From the NCBI GenBank assembly GCA_964350265.1, contig CAYGJZ010000008.1, positions 1,097 through 65,096 of the forward strand: a DNA stretch of 64,000 bases. The letters are read 5' to 3'. The notes beneath the pieces were generated by a model. It saw only the letters and a list, made by a program, of their open reading frames with translations. It was not told the DNA's origin and ran no database searches. Of the stretch, positions 62,006-64,000 are shown in pieces; the first letter of the stretch is position 1; every line of letters starts with the position of its first letter. This stretch comes from an uncultured Gammaproteobacteria bacterium (GTDB lineage Bacteria; Pseudomonadota; Gammaproteobacteria; Arenicellales; CAJQKF01). Made by a program: the position numbers and the translations under genes.

Positions 62006-62880
62006 GCCGGTGCCTGCCGCGACTGGCGCGTACCTACCTGGTGCTGGTGGTGCTGGCCTGCGTCGCGCTGGCGGTACGCGCCATCGTCGATCCACCGGTG
62101 CCGCCGCACTTCGCCCACAGCCTCGAGGCCGCCTACCGCTACCTGGACGCGGGCGCGGTGAACGCGGCGGGCAATGCCCTGAACCGGGCGCGGGCCTACC
62201 GGCGGCACGACCAGGACCTGACGGTGATCGAGACCCTGGTCGCGCTGTACGGCACCAGGGACCTTGAGCGGATCGAGCGGGAGACCGCGGAGCTCGCCGC
62301 CCGCGAACCGGGCAATGCCAGCATCGACCTGTACCTCGGCCGGGTCTACGAAGCCCGCGGCGATGACGTCGCCGCGGAGCGGCTCTACCGTTCGGCCATC
62401 GACAAGGATGCCGACAATGCCGGTGCCTGGTATGCGCTGGCCGGCCTGCAGACACGCCTGTATTCCCTCGAGGTGGCGGAGCCGAGCTGGCGACGGGCCT
62501 ACCGGCTGCTGCGCAAGTTCGAACAGCAGGTGTTCGGCTATGCCCGCTTCCTGGTGCGTGCCGGCCACGTGGACGAAAGTCTGCAGGTGCTGCGGCGACT
62601 GATTCACCGCCAGCGCGACAACCTGGTCTACCGGGTGCAGTTGCTGGTGGCCGGCGCCGGGCGGCTGTCGCCGGAGGCAGTGCGTGAACAGGTGCGCTAC
62701 CTCGACGACGCGCTGGACAATCCCTTCGTCACCGGCAGCGACCCCTTCCGCCAGCGCTGGCGCCTTGAGACCCCGGACGGGCCGGTGGTGCTGGTGGAGG
62801 TGGCCGACAAGCTCGCCTTTCTCTGCGCGCAGCCGTGGTTCACCGGCAACGACGCCTGCGCCGCGGGCGAGGCGCGATGA
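62002..62880 (+). CDS. Membrane-anchored TPR-repeat protein
   Basis: The GTG start overlaps the polymerase stop (GTGA). It has an N-terminal TM helix (TYLVLVVLACVALAV). TPR-like helices include IDLYLGRVYEARGDDVAAERLYRSAIDKDADNAGAWYALAGL. Confidence 0.6.
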   Translation: MSRCLPRLARTYLVLVVLACVALAVRAIVDPPVPPHFAHSLEAAYRYLDAGAVNAAGNALNRARAYRRHDQDLTVIETLVALYGTRDLERIERETAELAAREPGNASIDLYLGRVYEARGDDVAAERLYRSAIDKDADNAGAWYALAGLQTRLYSLEVAEPSWRRAYRLLRKFEQQVFGYARFLVRAGHVDESLQVLRRLIHRQRDNLVYRVQLLVAGAGRLSPEAVREQVRYLDDALDNPFVTGSDPFRQRWRLETPDGPVVLVEVADKLAFLCAQPWFTGNDACAAGEAR

Positions 62881-62885
62881 GCGGC

Positions 62886-63434
62886 CTAGGACGGCGGCAG
62901 GTAGCTGTCGATGACCTGCTGGTAGACGCCCTTGGCCACCAGCAGCAGGTCGCAGACCTGGCGCACCGCGCCGCGCCCGCCGGGCAGCGGCGTGGTCCAG
63001 TGGGCGTGGTGACGCACCGCCACGTGGGCATCGGCGACGGCCACCGCCAGTCCCACCCGGGTCATCACCGGCAGGTCGACGAGATCATCGCCGACGTAGG
63101 CCACCTGCTCGTCGACGCGTCCGTCGGCGGCCAGTTCCCGGTAGGCGGCGAGCTTGTCGGTGCAGCCCTGGTAGAGGTAGTCGATGCCCAGCTCGCGGGC
63201 GCGGTGGGCCACGGTACGCGACTCGCGCGCGGTGATGATGGCGGTTTCCACGCCGTTGCGCCGGGCCAGCTTCAGGCCGAGGCCGTCGCGGGAGTGGAAG
63301 CCCTTGGTCTGGGTTTCGTCGTCGGACAGGCTGATGGTGCCGTCGGTGAGCACGCCGTCGACATCGACGATCAGCAAGGTGACCTGGGCGGCCCGCCTGC
63401 TGACGTCCGGCGGGATCCGGAAATCGGGTTGCAT
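62886..63434 (-). CDS. kdsC: KdsC-family (HAD-IIIA) 3-deoxy-ulosonate-phosphate phosphatase
   Basis: LLIVDVDGVLTDG, FHSRDGLGLKL, AIITARES, YVGDDLVDLPVM, VAVADAH and GGRGAVRQVCDLLL are close to E. coli KdsC (from memory). The ATG at 63434 lies inside track ORF 62886..63791. Confidence 0.85.
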   Translation of the reverse strand: MQPDFRIPPDVSRRAAQVTLLIVDVDGVLTDGTISLSDDETQTKGFHSRDGLGLKLARRNGVETAIITARESRTVAHRARELGIDYLYQGCTDKLAAYRELAADGRVDEQVAYVGDDLVDLPVMTRVGLAVAVADAHVAVRHHAHWTTPLPGGRGAVRQVCDLLLVAKGVYQQVIDSYLPPS

Positions 63435-63504
63435 GATGTTGCCGTGGGTTGCGAAATCGGGCCGGCCAGGCACGCGGCGCTGACGGCGGGGGCATTGTAA
63501 GTTG

Positions 63505-64000
63505 ATGTACCCGCTGGCAACAACGACCGCGCTGGCCTTCCTGTTTCTGCCCGGCCTGGTCCTGCACCGCCTGCTCGGCCTGAAGAACAACACGCTGCTG
63601 TCGTCGATGGCGCTCGGCATCTCGCTGCTGGTCATCAGCCAGGTGCCGGTGCGTGTCTGGCGGCTCGACCTCGACCACTGGCTGGCAGGCATGGTCGGCT
63701 TCACCGTGGCCGGCGCCGTGCTGGCGGCCATCGTCTCCTGGTGCCGCCGCCGCGCACTGCCTCGCGGGCGGGGGGACCTCGCCGTGGCCATCGGCGCCGC
63801 CGCGGTGGCGCTTGGCTGGAGCGCCTACCACGCCTGCGTGGGCGGCTATTCCGAGGTGCCCTCGGATTTCTGGAACCACCTGCACCGGATTCGCTGGGAG
63901 GTGGACTTCCAGCGCAAGGGCGGCTTCATTCCCTACGATGCCAGCCTGGCCGGGCTGGTCAACCGCGACTACGTGCATGCCCTGCATGCCCTCGTCACCA
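63505..64000 (+). CDS. Polytopic membrane protein, 5' partial (runs off the window)
   Basis: I read it directly: MYPLATTTALAFLFLPGLVLHRLLGLKNNTLLSSMALGISLLVISQV...GMVGFTVAGAVLAAIVSW... No stop occurs before position 64000. Function is unknown. Confidence 0.5.
   Translation, partial: MYPLATTTALAFLFLPGLVLHRLLGLKNNTLLSSMALGISLLVISQVPVRVWRLDLDHWLAGMVGFTVAGAVLAAIVSWCRRRALPRGRGDLAVAIGAAAVALGWSAYHACVGGYSEVPSDFWNHLHRIRWEVDFQRKGGFIPYDASLAGLVNRDYVHALHALVT

Noticed and set aside
1-64000. I scanned for CRISPR repeats, IS elements or transposases, integrases, tRNA/rRNA genes, toxin-antitoxin pairs and classical defence genes.
   Set aside because: I found no repeat-spacer periodicity and no DDE, tyrosine or serine recombinase motifs. 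No cloverleaf-like intergenic sequences were noticed either. The intergenic regions are short and are accounted for by the features listed above.

Overview
This is a GC-rich chromosomal window (roughly two-thirds G+C by eye, not computed). The conserved gene order points to a gammaproteobacterium. I found no rRNA, tRNA, CRISPR array, transposase or integrase.

Positions 1-32,250 are mostly housekeeping genes in well-known syntenic blocks:
- coaBC-dut, followed by radC and rpmB-rpmG
- a membrane fatty-acid desaturase, infA and a ChaC-like gene
- a CoA-transferase plus a methyltransferase
- an SLC13 permease, an ECF sigma/anti-sigma pair, a PfkB kinase and fur
- ubiI-ubiH-pepP-ygfB, divergent from zapB-like-zapA-ssrS(6S RNA)-ygfA
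- a YmdB-like phosphoesterase, an EVE-domain protein, a cyclophilin, hrpA and a DUF218/ElyC-like gene

Two regions stand out.
1. Positions 7881-15122 hold a tightly packed four-gene operon. All four products carry signal peptides: a disordered protein with a basic N-half and an acidic C-half, a 710-aa outer-membrane beta-barrel, a 590-aa secreted protein, and an S8 serine protease. I cannot place the first three in any family by eye. A promoter-like motif upstream of the operon matches one upstream of the nearby ECF sigma gene.
2. Positions ~32,250-63,450 hold a ~31-kb surface-polysaccharide locus.
   - It is preceded by an exact 12-nt match to the enterobacterial ops element.
   - It encodes two separate ulosonic-acid modules. 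One has a NeuB-SAF-cupin fusion and a cytidylyltransferase. The other is a lower-GC block with a KdsA-like synthase, a cytidylyltransferase and an RraA-like protein.
   - It also contains a CDP-hexose pathway split in two, a sulfotransferase, an EpsG-type polymerase and an ABC-type candidate flippase.
   - Three unassigned proteins look like GT-B-type transferases.
   - No Wzx, Wzz, Wza or Wzc homologue is visible in the window.

All functional calls come from reading the translated ORFs against remembered family motifs. No database search was run.
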